Shown piece by piece: positions 26,538 to 35,965 of a stretch of 46,464 nt of DNA (within the stretch, counting starts at the first letter, position 1; every line of letters starts with the position of its first letter). Position numbers and translations under genes: made by a program. This stretch comes from Eubacteriales bacterium (GTDB lineage: Bacteria > Bacillota > Clostridia > Oscillospirales > CAG-272). The notes under the pieces were generated by a model. It made no database searches and was not told where the DNA came from. It worked only from the letters and a program-made list of their open reading frames with translations. The stretch is taken from NCBI GenBank assembly GCA_045590315.1, contig JAZNQU010000025.1, forward strand, positions 1 to 46,464. Reading direction: 5' to 3'.

Positions 26538-27167
26538 ATGCCAAAGAAAATATCGCAACCGCTTACATGGGAATATGAAGACGAGCTTACAGAAAAAGGC
26601 TATAAGATAGTATGCGGCACGGATGAAGCCGGCAGAGGGCCGCTTGTCGGACCTGTTGTGGCAGGAGCGTGCATACTCCCTCGCGGTTTAGAGATAGAAG
26701 GACTCAATGACTCGAAAAAGCTTTCTGAAAAAAGACGTGAGGAGTTATATGACGTTATATGCGAAAAAGCTGTAGCGTGGGCAACGGGTATCGCAACTCC
26801 CGATGAAATTGATGAGATAAACATCCTCAACGCGTCGATGCTTGCGATGAGACGTGCAATAGCGGCACTTAAAGTTGCACCCGACGCAGCACTTGTTGAC
26901 GGAAATTGTACGCGCTCGTTTGAAATACCTGCATTTGCACTGATAAAGGGAGATTCAAAGTCCCCGTCTATTGCGGCAGCATCGATTCTTGCAAAAGTCA
27001 CGCGTGACCGTATGTGCGTAGAGCTTGACCGCGAGTATCCCGAATACAATATTGCAAAGCATAAGGGATACCCGACTAAAGAGCATATGGATATAGTCAG
27101 ACGGCTCGGCCCCTGCCCTGAACACAGACGGACGTTTCTTAAGTTTTTAAACGATGAAGAACGTTAA
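26538..27167 (+). CDS. rnhB: ribonuclease HII
   Basis: GTDEAGRGPLVGPVVAGA, DSKKLSEKRRE, and SIAAASILAKVTRD. Confidence 0.93.
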   Translation: MPKKISQPLTWEYEDELTEKGYKIVCGTDEAGRGPLVGPVVAGACILPRGLEIEGLNDSKKLSEKRREELYDVICEKAVAWATGIATPDEIDEINILNASMLAMRRAIAALKVAPDAALVDGNCTRSFEIPAFALIKGDSKSPSIAAASILAKVTRDRMCVELDREYPEYNIAKHKGYPTKEHMDIVRRLGPCPEHRRTFLKFLNDEER

Positions 27168-27600
27168 CAACCGTGAGCTCGGCAGGCAGGGCGAAAGGAT
27201 AGCGCGCGAGTATCTCAAAGAAAAATGCGGATACAAGATAATTGCATCAAACTACTATGCCTCTCATAAGGAGATAGACATAATAGCACTTGATAATGAA
27301 TATATTGTATTCATTGAAGTGAAATGCAGAACAAAAAACAACAAAGCACAGGCTCACAGACCCGGAAAAGCAGTAGGATACAAAAAACGCTCGAATATAG
27401 TCGCGGCGGCAAATAAATTTATTGCCGAAAACTGCGCTGAGGACTTTGTACGCGGACGCTTTTCAAGAGTTGACGTGATAGAAGTGTTAGTCCCTCCCAT
27501 CGACAAGACCTACAGCGAAGAGTCGGGAGAGCTTAATTTGTCCGCGTGCTTTATAAATCATATACGCAACGCGTTTTATTCTGACACCTCACTTCGATAA
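27154..27600 (+). CDS. YraN-family (UPF0102) endonuclease-like protein
   Basis: GRQGERIAREYLKEKCGYKII ... EIDIIA ... VFIEVKCR. It overlaps the rnhB end and has the conserved rnhB-yraN neighbourhood. Confidence 0.85.
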   Translation: MKNVNNRELGRQGERIAREYLKEKCGYKIIASNYYASHKEIDIIALDNEYIVFIEVKCRTKNNKAQAHRPGKAVGYKKRSNIVAAANKFIAENCAEDFVRGRFSRVDVIEVLVPPIDKTYSEESGELNLSACFINHIRNAFYSDTSLR

Positions 27601-27622
27601 TACGGTATAAGGAACTTTACAT

Positions 27623-28576
27623 ATGAAGAACAGAATTTGCGATCTTCACTGTGACACGCTGTACAGTATAAGAAAAAACGGAGGAACGCTTGCAGAGAAT
27701 AACGGACACATCTCGCTTGAAAAGCTTAAAAAGTATGAAAGCTTTATTCAGGTAATGGCTATGTGGTCGGAGAACTCGCTGAATTGTGACGAAGCTTACG
27801 ACGCATTTCTTGACGGCGCGGGAATTCTTGAAAAAGAGCTTGCATTGGCAAGTGCAAAGGGTTATAACGTGAGGCTTTCAAAAAGCGGAGCGGATATACT
27901 TGAAAACGAAAAAAACGGCCTTTCTTCACTGATATTTGCAGTAGAAGGCGGAAAACTTCTTGATAACAGCATTAAAAGACTTGAGGTGCTCTATTCGCTT
28001 GGTGTGAGGATACTGACACTTGTATGGGCAGGAAAATGCGCGATAGGCGGAGCGCACGACAATAGTGACGGTCTTACCGAATTTGGAAAAGAAGTTGTGA
28101 AGTTGTGCTTTGAACTTGGAATAATCCCCGACGTTTCTCACGCAAACGAGAAACAGACAGACGAAGTATTAGAGCTCGCCGTAAAGTATTCAAAACCGAT
28201 AATCGCATCTCACTCAAACTCAAAATCGGTACATATTCACTCGCGCAACCTTACAGATGAACACTATAAAGAAATTGTGCGCCTCGGAGGTGTTGTCGGT
28301 GTGAGTATGGCTTGCGAGCATCTTCGTGAGACGGGTGCAGATATAAACGATCTTGCTTGTCACATAAAACACTATTATGAATTATCGCCGAAGGGTGTTT
28401 GTCTCGGTTCGGATTTCGACGGAGTATCAGGCTTACCTACAGGCGTTTGCGATGTAACAAGTCTTAAGACTCTTGCAGAGCTGCTTGTTAACCGTGGATT
28501 TAGCGAAGAAGAAACAGAAAATATTATGTACAATAACGCACGGGATTTTCTTGTGAACAATCTCGGAAAGCGCTGA
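27623..28576 (+). CDS. M19-family (renal-type) dipeptidase
   Basis: N-terminal DLHCDTL metal motif, an EGG segment (FAVEGGK), DVSHANEK, and ASHSNSK. Confidence 0.8.
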   Translation: MKNRICDLHCDTLYSIRKNGGTLAENNGHISLEKLKKYESFIQVMAMWSENSLNCDEAYDAFLDGAGILEKELALASAKGYNVRLSKSGADILENEKNGLSSLIFAVEGGKLLDNSIKRLEVLYSLGVRILTLVWAGKCAIGGAHDNSDGLTEFGKEVVKLCFELGIIPDVSHANEKQTDEVLELAVKYSKPIIASHSNSKSVHIHSRNLTDEHYKEIVRLGGVVGVSMACEHLRETGADINDLACHIKHYYELSPKGVCLGSDFDGVSGLPTGVCDVTSLKTLAELLVNRGFSEEETENIMYNNARDFLVNNLGKR

Positions 28577-28599
28577 AGATATACGGAGGTATAAAGACA

Positions 28600-30093
28600 A
28601 TGAATTACATAAGTACAAGAGGTAAGATAACCAAGGGCAACAGCGTAAACTCCATGTACGCTATCAAAACCGGACTTGCTTGCGACGGCGGCCTGTTTGT
28701 GCCCGAGTCTATCCCTGCAATAACAGCAGAGGATATAGAAAAGCTCTGCGCGCTTGATTATCCTCACCGCGCGGCAGACGTGCTCTCGCGTTTTCTGACA
28801 GATTACGAATACGCGTACTTGCTTGAAAGCGCACAGGCGGCATACGGAGAAGAGCGTTTCCCGGGTGGCGCTGCACCGCTTGCAAAGCTTGACGAAACGA
28901 GAAACGTGCTCGAACTCTGGCACGGTCCTACCTGCGCGTTCAAGGATATGGCGCTTCAGATAATGCCCAGACTTTTAACGGGTGCGCTTAAAGGCACGGG
29001 AGAAAAGAGAGTCGCGTTTATCCTCGTTGCAACATCAGGCGACACGGGCAAAGCCGCGCTTGAAGGATATAAGGACATTGACGGCATAAAGATAACGGTA
29101 TTCTATCCCGTGGAGGGAGTCAGCCGCGTACAGAAATTACAGATGGCGACACAGACGGGTAACAATGTAAACGTATGTGCGATAGAAGGAAACTTTGACG
29201 ACGCACAGAACGGTGTTAAAAAGATATTCTCCGACTCGGAATTTGCAGAGAAGCTTGATCGTAACGGCTACTTCTTATCAAGTGCAAATTCTATCAACTG
29301 GGGACGTCTTGCACCGCAGATTGTCTATTATATCTCCGCTTACTGTGACCTTGTAAAATCGGGAGACATAAAGAACGGCGATACAATCAACGTTACCGTG
29401 CCTACAGGAAACTTCGGTAACATTCTCGCCGCATATTACGCAAAGCTTATGGGACTGCCGATAAACAAGCTTATATGCGCGTCCAACAGTAACAACGTGC
29501 TTACCGACTTTTTGCGCAGCGGTACTTACGACAGGAACCGCAAGTTCTATACAACGATGTCTCCTTCAATGGATATTCTTATTTCAAGCAATCTTGAAAG
29601 ACTGCTTTATCTTATGTGCGGTGCAGAAGAGACTGCGGGATATATGAAGTCGCTTTCCGAAACGGGTGCTTACACCGTAAGCGCAGACTGTCTTGCAAAA
29701 ATCAGAGAAAGCTTTGAGGGCTATTACTGTGACGAAGCAGGAACTTCGGCGACAATCAAAGAAACCTTTGAGACAGAGAATTACCTTATAGACACGCATA
29801 CGGCAGTTGCGGTAAAGTGCGCAAACGAGTATATTGAACAAACAAATGACACGCGCAAAATGGTGATTGCATCAACGGCAAGCCCCTACAAGTTTGCAGT
29901 TGACGTGCTTGATTCACTCACGCACGAGCGTGACGCCGAGCCGCTCGAATCGCTTGCAAAACTCTGCAGTGTCACAAAAACAGAGATTCCCGCGCCGCTT
30001 TCCGGACTTGACAAGAGAGAAGTGCGCTTTAATAAAACTATATCAAAAGACGAAATGCTCTGTGAGGTAGCAGGCGAACTCCAAGTCAAATAA
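28600..30093 (+). CDS. thrC: threonine synthase (long form)
   Basis: YISTRG start, PLP lysine motif PTCAFKDMALQ, and ATSGDTGKAA. 497 aa. Confidence 0.92.
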   Translation: MNYISTRGKITKGNSVNSMYAIKTGLACDGGLFVPESIPAITAEDIEKLCALDYPHRAADVLSRFLTDYEYAYLLESAQAAYGEERFPGGAAPLAKLDETRNVLELWHGPTCAFKDMALQIMPRLLTGALKGTGEKRVAFILVATSGDTGKAALEGYKDIDGIKITVFYPVEGVSRVQKLQMATQTGNNVNVCAIEGNFDDAQNGVKKIFSDSEFAEKLDRNGYFLSSANSINWGRLAPQIVYYISAYCDLVKSGDIKNGDTINVTVPTGNFGNILAAYYAKLMGLPINKLICASNSNNVLTDFLRSGTYDRNRKFYTTMSPSMDILISSNLERLLYLMCGAEETAGYMKSLSETGAYTVSADCLAKIRESFEGYYCDEAGTSATIKETFETENYLIDTHTAVAVKCANEYIEQTNDTRKMVIASTASPYKFAVDVLDSLTHERDAEPLESLAKLCSVTKTEIPAPLSGLDKREVRFNKTISKDEMLCEVAGELQVK

Positions 30094-30107
30094 AAACGAG
30101 GAATTAT

Positions 30108-30827
30108 ATGGCTTTATACGTACTATCGGATACGCATCTATCTTTAAGCGACAATAAGCCGATGGATGTTTTCGGGAAGCGATGGCAGAACTATACCGAC
30201 AGGCTGACAAAAAACTGGAACGCTGTCGTAGATAGCGGCGACACTGTTGTCATAGCAGGGGATATCTCTTGGGCAATGTCGCACAGAGGCGCTTCTGAAG
30301 ACTTTATGTTTATTCATAAGCTTAACGGTAAAAAGATAATAGGAAAGGGAAACCATGATTATTGGTGGACCTCGAAAAAGAAGCTTGACGAGCTGATGGC
30401 AGAGCTTGGCGTTGACTCGGTGCGCTTTTTGTATAACAACGCCTACCTTGAATGCGGTTTTATCATAGCCGGCTCGCGCGGCTGGTATATTGACGAAAAC
30501 AATAAAAACGCTCCCGATTCGGCTGATTTTGAGAAAATTGTCGCACGAGAGGTCATACGGCTTGAGTTAAGTTTGGATGAAGCTGAAAAACTAAAGAAAG
30601 AGAATCCGGAAAGCGAAATACTTGCTTTTCTGCATTTTCCGCCCGTTATGGGTGAATTTGTGTGCAGACCGATAATTGACTGTCTTAAAAAGCACGGTAT
30701 AAAAAGATGCTATTTTGGTCATATACACGCATCGTACGATCTGCCGCCAAAGTTTGATTTTGAGGGAATAGACTTTTATATTACCTCGGCAGATTATCTC
30801 GAATTTACACCTTTAAGGATAAATTGA
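30108..30827 (+). CDS. calcineurin-like metallophosphoesterase
   Basis: Motifs LSDTH, GDISW, GNHDYWW, and GHIH. Confidence 0.8.
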   Translation: MALYVLSDTHLSLSDNKPMDVFGKRWQNYTDRLTKNWNAVVDSGDTVVIAGDISWAMSHRGASEDFMFIHKLNGKKIIGKGNHDYWWTSKKKLDELMAELGVDSVRFLYNNAYLECGFIIAGSRGWYIDENNKNAPDSADFEKIVAREVIRLELSLDEAEKLKKENPESEILAFLHFPPVMGEFVCRPIIDCLKKHGIKRCYFGHIHASYDLPPKFDFEGIDFYITSADYLEFTPLRIN

Positions 30828-30913
30828 AGCATAAAAGGGCCTCGGACACAGTAAAAATGCCCTAAAGAATCAAAAAAATGACCTCAAATTTATTATAAAG
30901 GCAGAAAATGAAG

Positions 30914-30960
30914 AAAAATCACTCAAAACTCTTGACTTTAGAGTGATTTTTGGGTAAAAT
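30914..30960 (+). promoter_or_regulatory. tig promoter with an 11-bp perfect inverted repeat spanning the -35
   Basis: TTGACT (30932-30937), 17-nt spacer, TAAAAT (30955-30960). AAAAATCACTC (30914-30924) and GAGTGATTTTT (30941-30951) are perfect reverse complements. Confidence 0.55.
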
Positions 30961-31029
30961 TTAATCTATAATGCTATATTATGGATAATTGTGTAAAAAA
31001 CACCATATCCGCAACGGAGGAATAACAGC

Positions 31030-32592
31030 ATGAGTTTAAAAAATCTTACAAATCCCGAAAAAAATGTAGTGGAATTTGAATTTTCCGCGGATAAGGAGAC
31101 CTTTGAGAAGGCAGTTGCCAAGGTTTACAAGAGCAAGGTAGCGCAGATCAACGTTCCCGGCTTCCGTAAGGGCAAGGCTCCCAGATCCATCATCGAAAAG
31201 ATGTACGGCAAGGGCGTGTTCTATGAAGACGCGGTAAACGAAATTCTCCCCGAAGCTTATGAAGCAGCAATCAAGGACTGTGAGCTTGAATTTGTATCTA
31301 TGCCTGAATTTGATATCGTTTCTATTGACGATAACGGCGTTGTATTCAAGGCAAAGGTATACACAAAACCTGAAGTTGAAATCAAGAATTATAAGGGCAT
31401 CGAAGCTGAAAAGGCTCCCGTTTCTGTTACAGATGACGACGTAAACGCTGAAATCGAACAGAAGAGAATGCAGGCTTCCCGCCTTATCGACATCACCGAC
31501 CGTGCAGTTGAGTCCGGTGATACTGTTGACATTGACTACGAAGGCTCTGTTGACGGCGTACCTTTTGACGGCGGCAAGGCTGAGCATCAGTCTCTCGTAA
31601 TCGGCTCCGGAAGCTTCATTCCCGGTTTTGAAGATCAGATCATCGGAAAGAACATCGGCGACGCTTTCGATATAAACGTTACTTTCCCCACCGAATACCA
31701 CGCTGCAGAGCTTGCTGGTAAGGCGGCAGTATTCAAGATAAAGCTTCACGGTATCAAGTTTAACGAAATGCCCGAAGTAGACGACGAGTTTGCAAAGGAC
31801 AACGGTTTTGATACTCTTGATGAATATAAGGCAGATATTAAGGCAAGAATCACAGACAGACGTGAAAAAGAAGCCGATGCAGACGTTGACGAAGAAATCG
31901 TAGCTGCTCTTATCGAAAAGCTTGAGGGTGATATTCCCGAGCCTATGTTTGCACAGGAAGCAGAGAACATGCTCAGAGATTACGACAATCGTCTCAGAAT
32001 GCAGGGACTCGATCTCAACACATATTTCAAGTATACAGGTATGACACTTGAATCTATGAGAGCACAGTTCAAGCCCCAGGCAGAACGCCAGGTAAAGACT
32101 CGTCTTGCTCTTGAAAAGATCGCAGTGCTCGAAAAGCTTGAAGCAACTGCAGAAGAAATTGCAGAAGAATACGACCGTATTGCAAAGGCTTACAATATGG
32201 AAGTTGAAAAGGTTAAAGAGCTTGTTGACGAAAAGGGCATTGCAGCCGATATGAAGGTTAAGAAGGCGTTTGATCTTGTTAAGGAAAACGCAAAGATAAC
32301 TGCAAAGAAGGCAGCAAAGAAAACTACAGCTAAGAAGGCTGAAACTGCAGAAGCAAAGCCTGCTGCAAAGAAGACTTCGACAGCAAAGAAGACTTCAGCA
32401 ACAACTGAAAAGAAGCCTGCAGCCAAGAAGACAACAAGTACAAAGAAAGCAGAAACAGCAGAAAAGGCTCCTGCTAAAAAGACAACAGCAGAGAAGAAGA
32501 CTTCCGCAACAGCTGAAAAGAAGCCTGCAGCTAAGAAGACAACAGGCACAAAAAAGGCGGCAACTAAGAAAGACGAGGGCAAGAAAGCCTGA
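31030..32592 (+). CDS. tig: trigger factor with 97-aa Lys/Ala/Thr-rich C-terminal extension
   Basis: Ribosome-binding VPGFRKGKAP, an FKBP-type middle domain, and a C-terminal chaperone arm ending about residue 423. This is followed by an AKK/TEKKPAAKKTT repeat tail. It sits upstream of clpP-clpX. Confidence 0.93.
   Translation: MSLKNLTNPEKNVVEFEFSADKETFEKAVAKVYKSKVAQINVPGFRKGKAPRSIIEKMYGKGVFYEDAVNEILPEAYEAAIKDCELEFVSMPEFDIVSIDDNGVVFKAKVYTKPEVEIKNYKGIEAEKAPVSVTDDDVNAEIEQKRMQASRLIDITDRAVESGDTVDIDYEGSVDGVPFDGGKAEHQSLVIGSGSFIPGFEDQIIGKNIGDAFDINVTFPTEYHAAELAGKAAVFKIKLHGIKFNEMPEVDDEFAKDNGFDTLDEYKADIKARITDRREKEADADVDEEIVAALIEKLEGDIPEPMFAQEAENMLRDYDNRLRMQGLDLNTYFKYTGMTLESMRAQFKPQAERQVKTRLALEKIAVLEKLEATAEEIAEEYDRIAKAYNMEVEKVKELVDEKGIAADMKVKKAFDLVKENAKITAKKAAKKTTAKKAETAEAKPAAKKTSTAKKTSATTEKKPAAKKTTSTKKAETAEKAPAKKTTAEKKTSATAEKKPAAKKTTGTKKAATKKDEGKKA
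32387..32544 (+). repeat. in-frame 108-nt-period direct repeat inside the tig tail
   Basis: AAGAAGACTTCAGCAACAACTGAAAAGAAGCCTGCAGCCAAGAAGACAACA (32387-) recurs with 3 substitutions at 32495-. This is a 36-codon period. Confidence 0.8.
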
Positions 32593-32628
32593 ATTGTGCC
32601 GCTTTAATGATCGAAAGGTGGTAACAAA

Positions 32629-33222
32629 ATGTCATATGTACCGATAGTCGTTGAACAGACAGCTCACGGTGAGCGTTCATACGATATTTACTCGCGACTT
32701 CTCAACGACAGAATTATATTTCTTGCAAATGAAGTCAATCACGTAACCGCGTCTTTGGTGGTAGCGCAGATGCTCTATCTTGAGTCGCAGGATCCCGATA
32801 AGGATATTTACCTTTATATAGACAGCCCCGGTGGCTCTGTGTCTGACGGCCTTGCTATCTACGACACAATGAACTATATCAAGTGTGATGTATCCACGAT
32901 TTGTATCGGTATGGCAGCAAGTATGGGCGCGTTCCTTTTATCCAGCGGAGCAAAGGGTAAGAGAATAGCACTTCCCAACAGCGAAATTATGATACATCAG
33001 CCTTTAGGCGGTGCGCAGGGCCAGGCGTCCGATATGCTTATCGCGGCTGACCACATTAAGCGCACACGCGACAGACTCAACAAGATACTTTCCGAGAACA
33101 CCGGTAAGCCTATTGACGTTATTGCAAAGGATACCGACCGTGACAACTGGCTTACAGCTGAAGCGGCACTCGAATACGGTATCGTTGACAAGGTTGCAAA
33201 GAACAGAGACGCGCTTAAATAA
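32629..33222 (+). CDS. clpP: ATP-dependent Clp protease proteolytic subunit
   Basis: [11 protein letters not shown], active-site [11 protein letters not shown], and IMIHQPLGG. Confidence 0.97.
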   Translation: MSYVPIVVEQTAHGERSYDIYSRLLNDRIIFLANEVNHVTASLVVAQMLYLESQDPDKDIYLYIDSPGGSVSDGLAIYDTMNYIKCDVSTICIGMAASMGAFLLSSGAKGKRIALPNSEIMIHQPLGGAQGQASDMLIAADHIKRTRDRLNKILSENTGKPIDVIAKDTDRDNWLTAEAALEYGIVDKVAKNRDALK

Positions 33223-33244
33223 ACTACCTTAAAGGACGTTTCAG

Positions 33245-34507
33245 ATGGCAAACAATAACGATAACAAACCTTCGGTAAAATGCTCCTTCTGTTTAAGAGA
33301 GGATAAGGACGTAAACTTTCTTATTCCTTCTCCCACGGGAGTGTGCATTTGCGACAGATGTGTTGATGCCTGCTATGACCTTATAAGCGAGCAGGAGGAA
33401 GTTCACGGAAAATCAAATGTATTTTCCTTTGAAGAGCTTCCAAAACCCCGTGAAATAAAGGCAGCTCTTGATGAATACGTAATAGGGCAGGACGACGCCA
33501 AAAGAGCTTTGTCTGTAGCCGTTTACAATCATTACAAGAGGATTCTTCAGTCGGGCAAAAAACACTCGAAAAAGAATACCGGGGATGACGACGGTGTAGA
33601 AATACAGAAGAGCAACGTGCTCTTGCTCGGCCCTACCGGTGTGGGTAAGACCTTCCTTGCTCAGACACTTGCAAAAACGCTCAAAGTTCCGTTTGCAATT
33701 GCCGATGCAACTACTCTTACAGAGGCAGGATACGTTGGCGAGGACGTAGAGAATATTCTTTTGCGTCTTATACAGGCGGCTGATTATGATATAGAGCGCG
33801 CCGAGATGGGTATTATCTACATTGACGAAATCGACAAAATATCCAGAAGAAGCGAGAACCGCTCAATAACCCGTGACGTCTCGGGCGAGGGAGTACAGCA
33901 GGCACTTCTCAAAATACTTGAGGGAACGGTGTCAAACGTACCTCCGCAGCGTGGAAGAAAGCATCCAAATCAGGAATTTATCCAGATCGATACATCAAAT
34001 ATACTGTTTATATGCGGCGGTGCATTCGATAAGATTGATGAAATCATCGAGCGCAGACGCGGATCGCAGACGGCAGGATTTTTCGGAGAGATAAAGAAAA
34101 AGGAAGAAAAGCTCAGCGAGGGAATATACAAAGACGTTATTCCTCATGACATCGTAAAATACGGACTTATACCCGAGCTTGTGGGCAGACTTCCCGTAAT
34201 AGTCTCTCTTGACAATCTTGACGAAAAGGCGCTTATGAGAGTTCTCACCGAACCGAAAAACTCGCTTATCAAGCAGTATTCCAAGCTTTTCGGTATGGAT
34301 AATATCGAGCTTGAATTTGAAGACGGTGCACTTAGTCACATAGCGCACCTTGCAATCGAGCGCAATACGGGTGCACGCGGACTTCGCTCCATAATGGAGG
34401 AATTCTTGGGCGGCGTAATGTATGACGTACCGTCAAAAGACGGCGTTACAAAGGTAGTAATAAGTGAAGATTACGTAAAAGGAAAAGCCGCCGTAAAATA
34501 TTTGTAA
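33245..34507 (+). CDS. clpX: ATP-dependent Clp protease ATP-binding subunit ClpX
   Basis: N-terminal C4 zinc module (CSFC ... CDRC), Walker A GPTGVGKT, Walker [11 protein letters not shown], and GARGLRSI. Confidence 0.97.
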   Translation: MANNNDNKPSVKCSFCLREDKDVNFLIPSPTGVCICDRCVDACYDLISEQEEVHGKSNVFSFEELPKPREIKAALDEYVIGQDDAKRALSVAVYNHYKRILQSGKKHSKKNTGDDDGVEIQKSNVLLLGPTGVGKTFLAQTLAKTLKVPFAIADATTLTEAGYVGEDVENILLRLIQAADYDIERAEMGIIYIDEIDKISRRSENRSITRDVSGEGVQQALLKILEGTVSNVPPQRGRKHPNQEFIQIDTSNILFICGGAFDKIDEIIERRRGSQTAGFFGEIKKKEEKLSEGIYKDVIPHDIVKYGLIPELVGRLPVIVSLDNLDEKALMRVLTEPKNSLIKQYSKLFGMDNIELEFEDGALSHIAHLAIERNTGARGLRSIMEEFLGGVMYDVPSKDGVTKVVISEDYVKGKAAVKYL

Positions 34508-34509
34508 AG

Positions 34510-34545
34510 AAAAAAGTCCTGCGGATTTACCGTAGGACTTTTTTG
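34510..34545 (+). terminator. intrinsic terminator after clpX
   Basis: A-run, then AGTCCTGCGG-ATTTA-CCGTAGGACT (one G-T pair), then T6. Confidence 0.85.
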
Positions 34546-34571
34546 ACTGTTTGCGTATAAATAAAGATAAT
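34543..34571 (+). promoter_or_regulatory. candidate promoter of the sugar ABC / malQ / phosphorylase cluster
   Basis: TTGACT, 17-nt spacer, GATAAT, immediately after the clpX terminator. Confidence 0.5.
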
Positions 34572-34619
34572 AAATGCCAAACTATTGTTACATTAAAATG
34601 TTGAAAGGACAGAAATGTA

Positions 34620-35948
34620 ATGAAAAGAAAAATTGCGGCATTTATGTTATGCTTACTTGTGCTTGTGCCCACGCTTGTATCGTGCGGTGCGAGAAAGAGC
34701 GAAAGCAGTGTATATTATCTGAATTTCAAGCCTGAAGTGGCTGAAGTTTACGAAAGAATAGCAGAAGATTACTATGAAGAAACGGGTGTAAGACTTAACG
34801 TTGTTACAGCCGCGTCAAACACCTATGAGCAGACGCTAAAGTCCGAAATTGCAAAAGCAGATGCTCCCGCAATCTTCCAGATAAACGGACCGAGAGGATA
34901 CGCATCCTGGAAGGATTACTGCGCCGACCTAAAGGATACAAGACTTTATGATCTTTTAAACGATAAAGATATGGCCATCACCGACGGCGACGGTGTTTAT
35001 GGTATTCCTTATGTTGTTGAAGGATACGGTATTATCTATAACGACAGTATAATGCAGGCGTATTTTGATAGTCCCGATAAGCAGGTAGACGTAGATACTG
35101 TAGACGATATCAACTCGTTTGCTGTATTGTCTCAGGTTGTCACTGATATGACCAGACTTAAGGATTCTCTCGGTATCGACGGCGTATTCGCTTCGACCTC
35201 ATTAAAGCCGGGCGAGGACTGGAGATGGACAACTCACCTTGCAAACGTGGCAATATACTACGAATTTAAGAACAACGATGTTGATCTCACAAGCGATGAG
35301 ACACATGAAATTGAATTTATGTACGCAGACGGGTTCAGAGACCTGTTTGAGTTATATATAAATAATTCGGTAACCGACCCCAAGCTTCTCGGAAGCAAGC
35401 AGGTGTCCGACTCAATGGCAGAGTTTGCTCTCGGCAGATGCGCTATGGTGCAGAACGGCAACTGGGCGTGGAGCCAGATCGACGGTATCGAGGGCAACAC
35501 GGTTGAGGATGAAGAGATCAAATTCATGCCGATATATCTCGGTATCCCAGGCGAAGAATCGCAGGGACTCTGTATCGGTACGGAAAACTATCTTGCAATC
35601 AATAAAACATTAGGTGAAGAAAAGCAAAAACTTGCAGAGGATTTTCTTTATTGGCTCTTTACAAGTGAAACGGGTAAGGATTACGTTACAAACGAGCTTG
35701 ATTTTATAACACCTTTTGCCTCCTTTGATACTTCAGAGGTGCCCGATGATCCGCTTGCACGCGAGGTCGTTTCGTGGATGTCGCGAGAGGATAAGGAAAA
35801 CGTAGACTGGAACTTCACGCTTTTCCCAAGCCAGACCTTTAAAGATAATTTCGGCTCAAACCTTCTTTCCTTTGCGCAGGGAACTAAGCCCTGGAATGAA
35901 GTGCGCGACAGCGTGATCAAAGACTGGAAAAACGAAAGCGCAAGCTGA
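34620..35948 (+). CDS. carbohydrate ABC transporter substrate-binding lipoprotein (probably maltodextrin-type)
   Basis: Lipobox LVSCGA. Family-1 solute-binding size and composition. It is the first gene of an SBP-permease-permease-ATPase set followed by malQ and the phosphorylase. Confidence 0.8.
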   Translation: MKRKIAAFMLCLLVLVPTLVSCGARKSESSVYYLNFKPEVAEVYERIAEDYYEETGVRLNVVTAASNTYEQTLKSEIAKADAPAIFQINGPRGYASWKDYCADLKDTRLYDLLNDKDMAITDGDGVYGIPYVVEGYGIIYNDSIMQAYFDSPDKQVDVDTVDDINSFAVLSQVVTDMTRLKDSLGIDGVFASTSLKPGEDWRWTTHLANVAIYYEFKNNDVDLTSDETHEIEFMYADGFRDLFELYINNSVTDPKLLGSKQVSDSMAEFALGRCAMVQNGNWAWSQIDGIEGNTVEDEEIKFMPIYLGIPGEESQGLCIGTENYLAINKTLGEEKQKLAEDFLYWLFTSETGKDYVTNELDFITPFASFDTSEVPDDPLAREVVSWMSREDKENVDWNFTLFPSQTFKDNFGSNLLSFAQGTKPWNEVRDSVIKDWKNESAS

Positions 35949-35965
35949 AAGGGAGCAGTTTTTGA

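Noticed and set aside
28375-28923. 182-aa minus-strand ORF spanning the dipeptidase/thrC junction
   Set aside because: It is antisense to two well-supported genes and crosses their intergenic RBS. It has no motifs.
31036-32582. Minus-strand ORFs of 237 aa (31036-31749), 74 aa (31746-31970) and 130 aa (32190-32582) inside tig
   Set aside because: These are mirror frames of trigger factor. The 130-aa one is the antisense of the AAG/GCA/ACA repeat tail, which gives an Ala/Phe/Val-rich pseudo-TM sequence.
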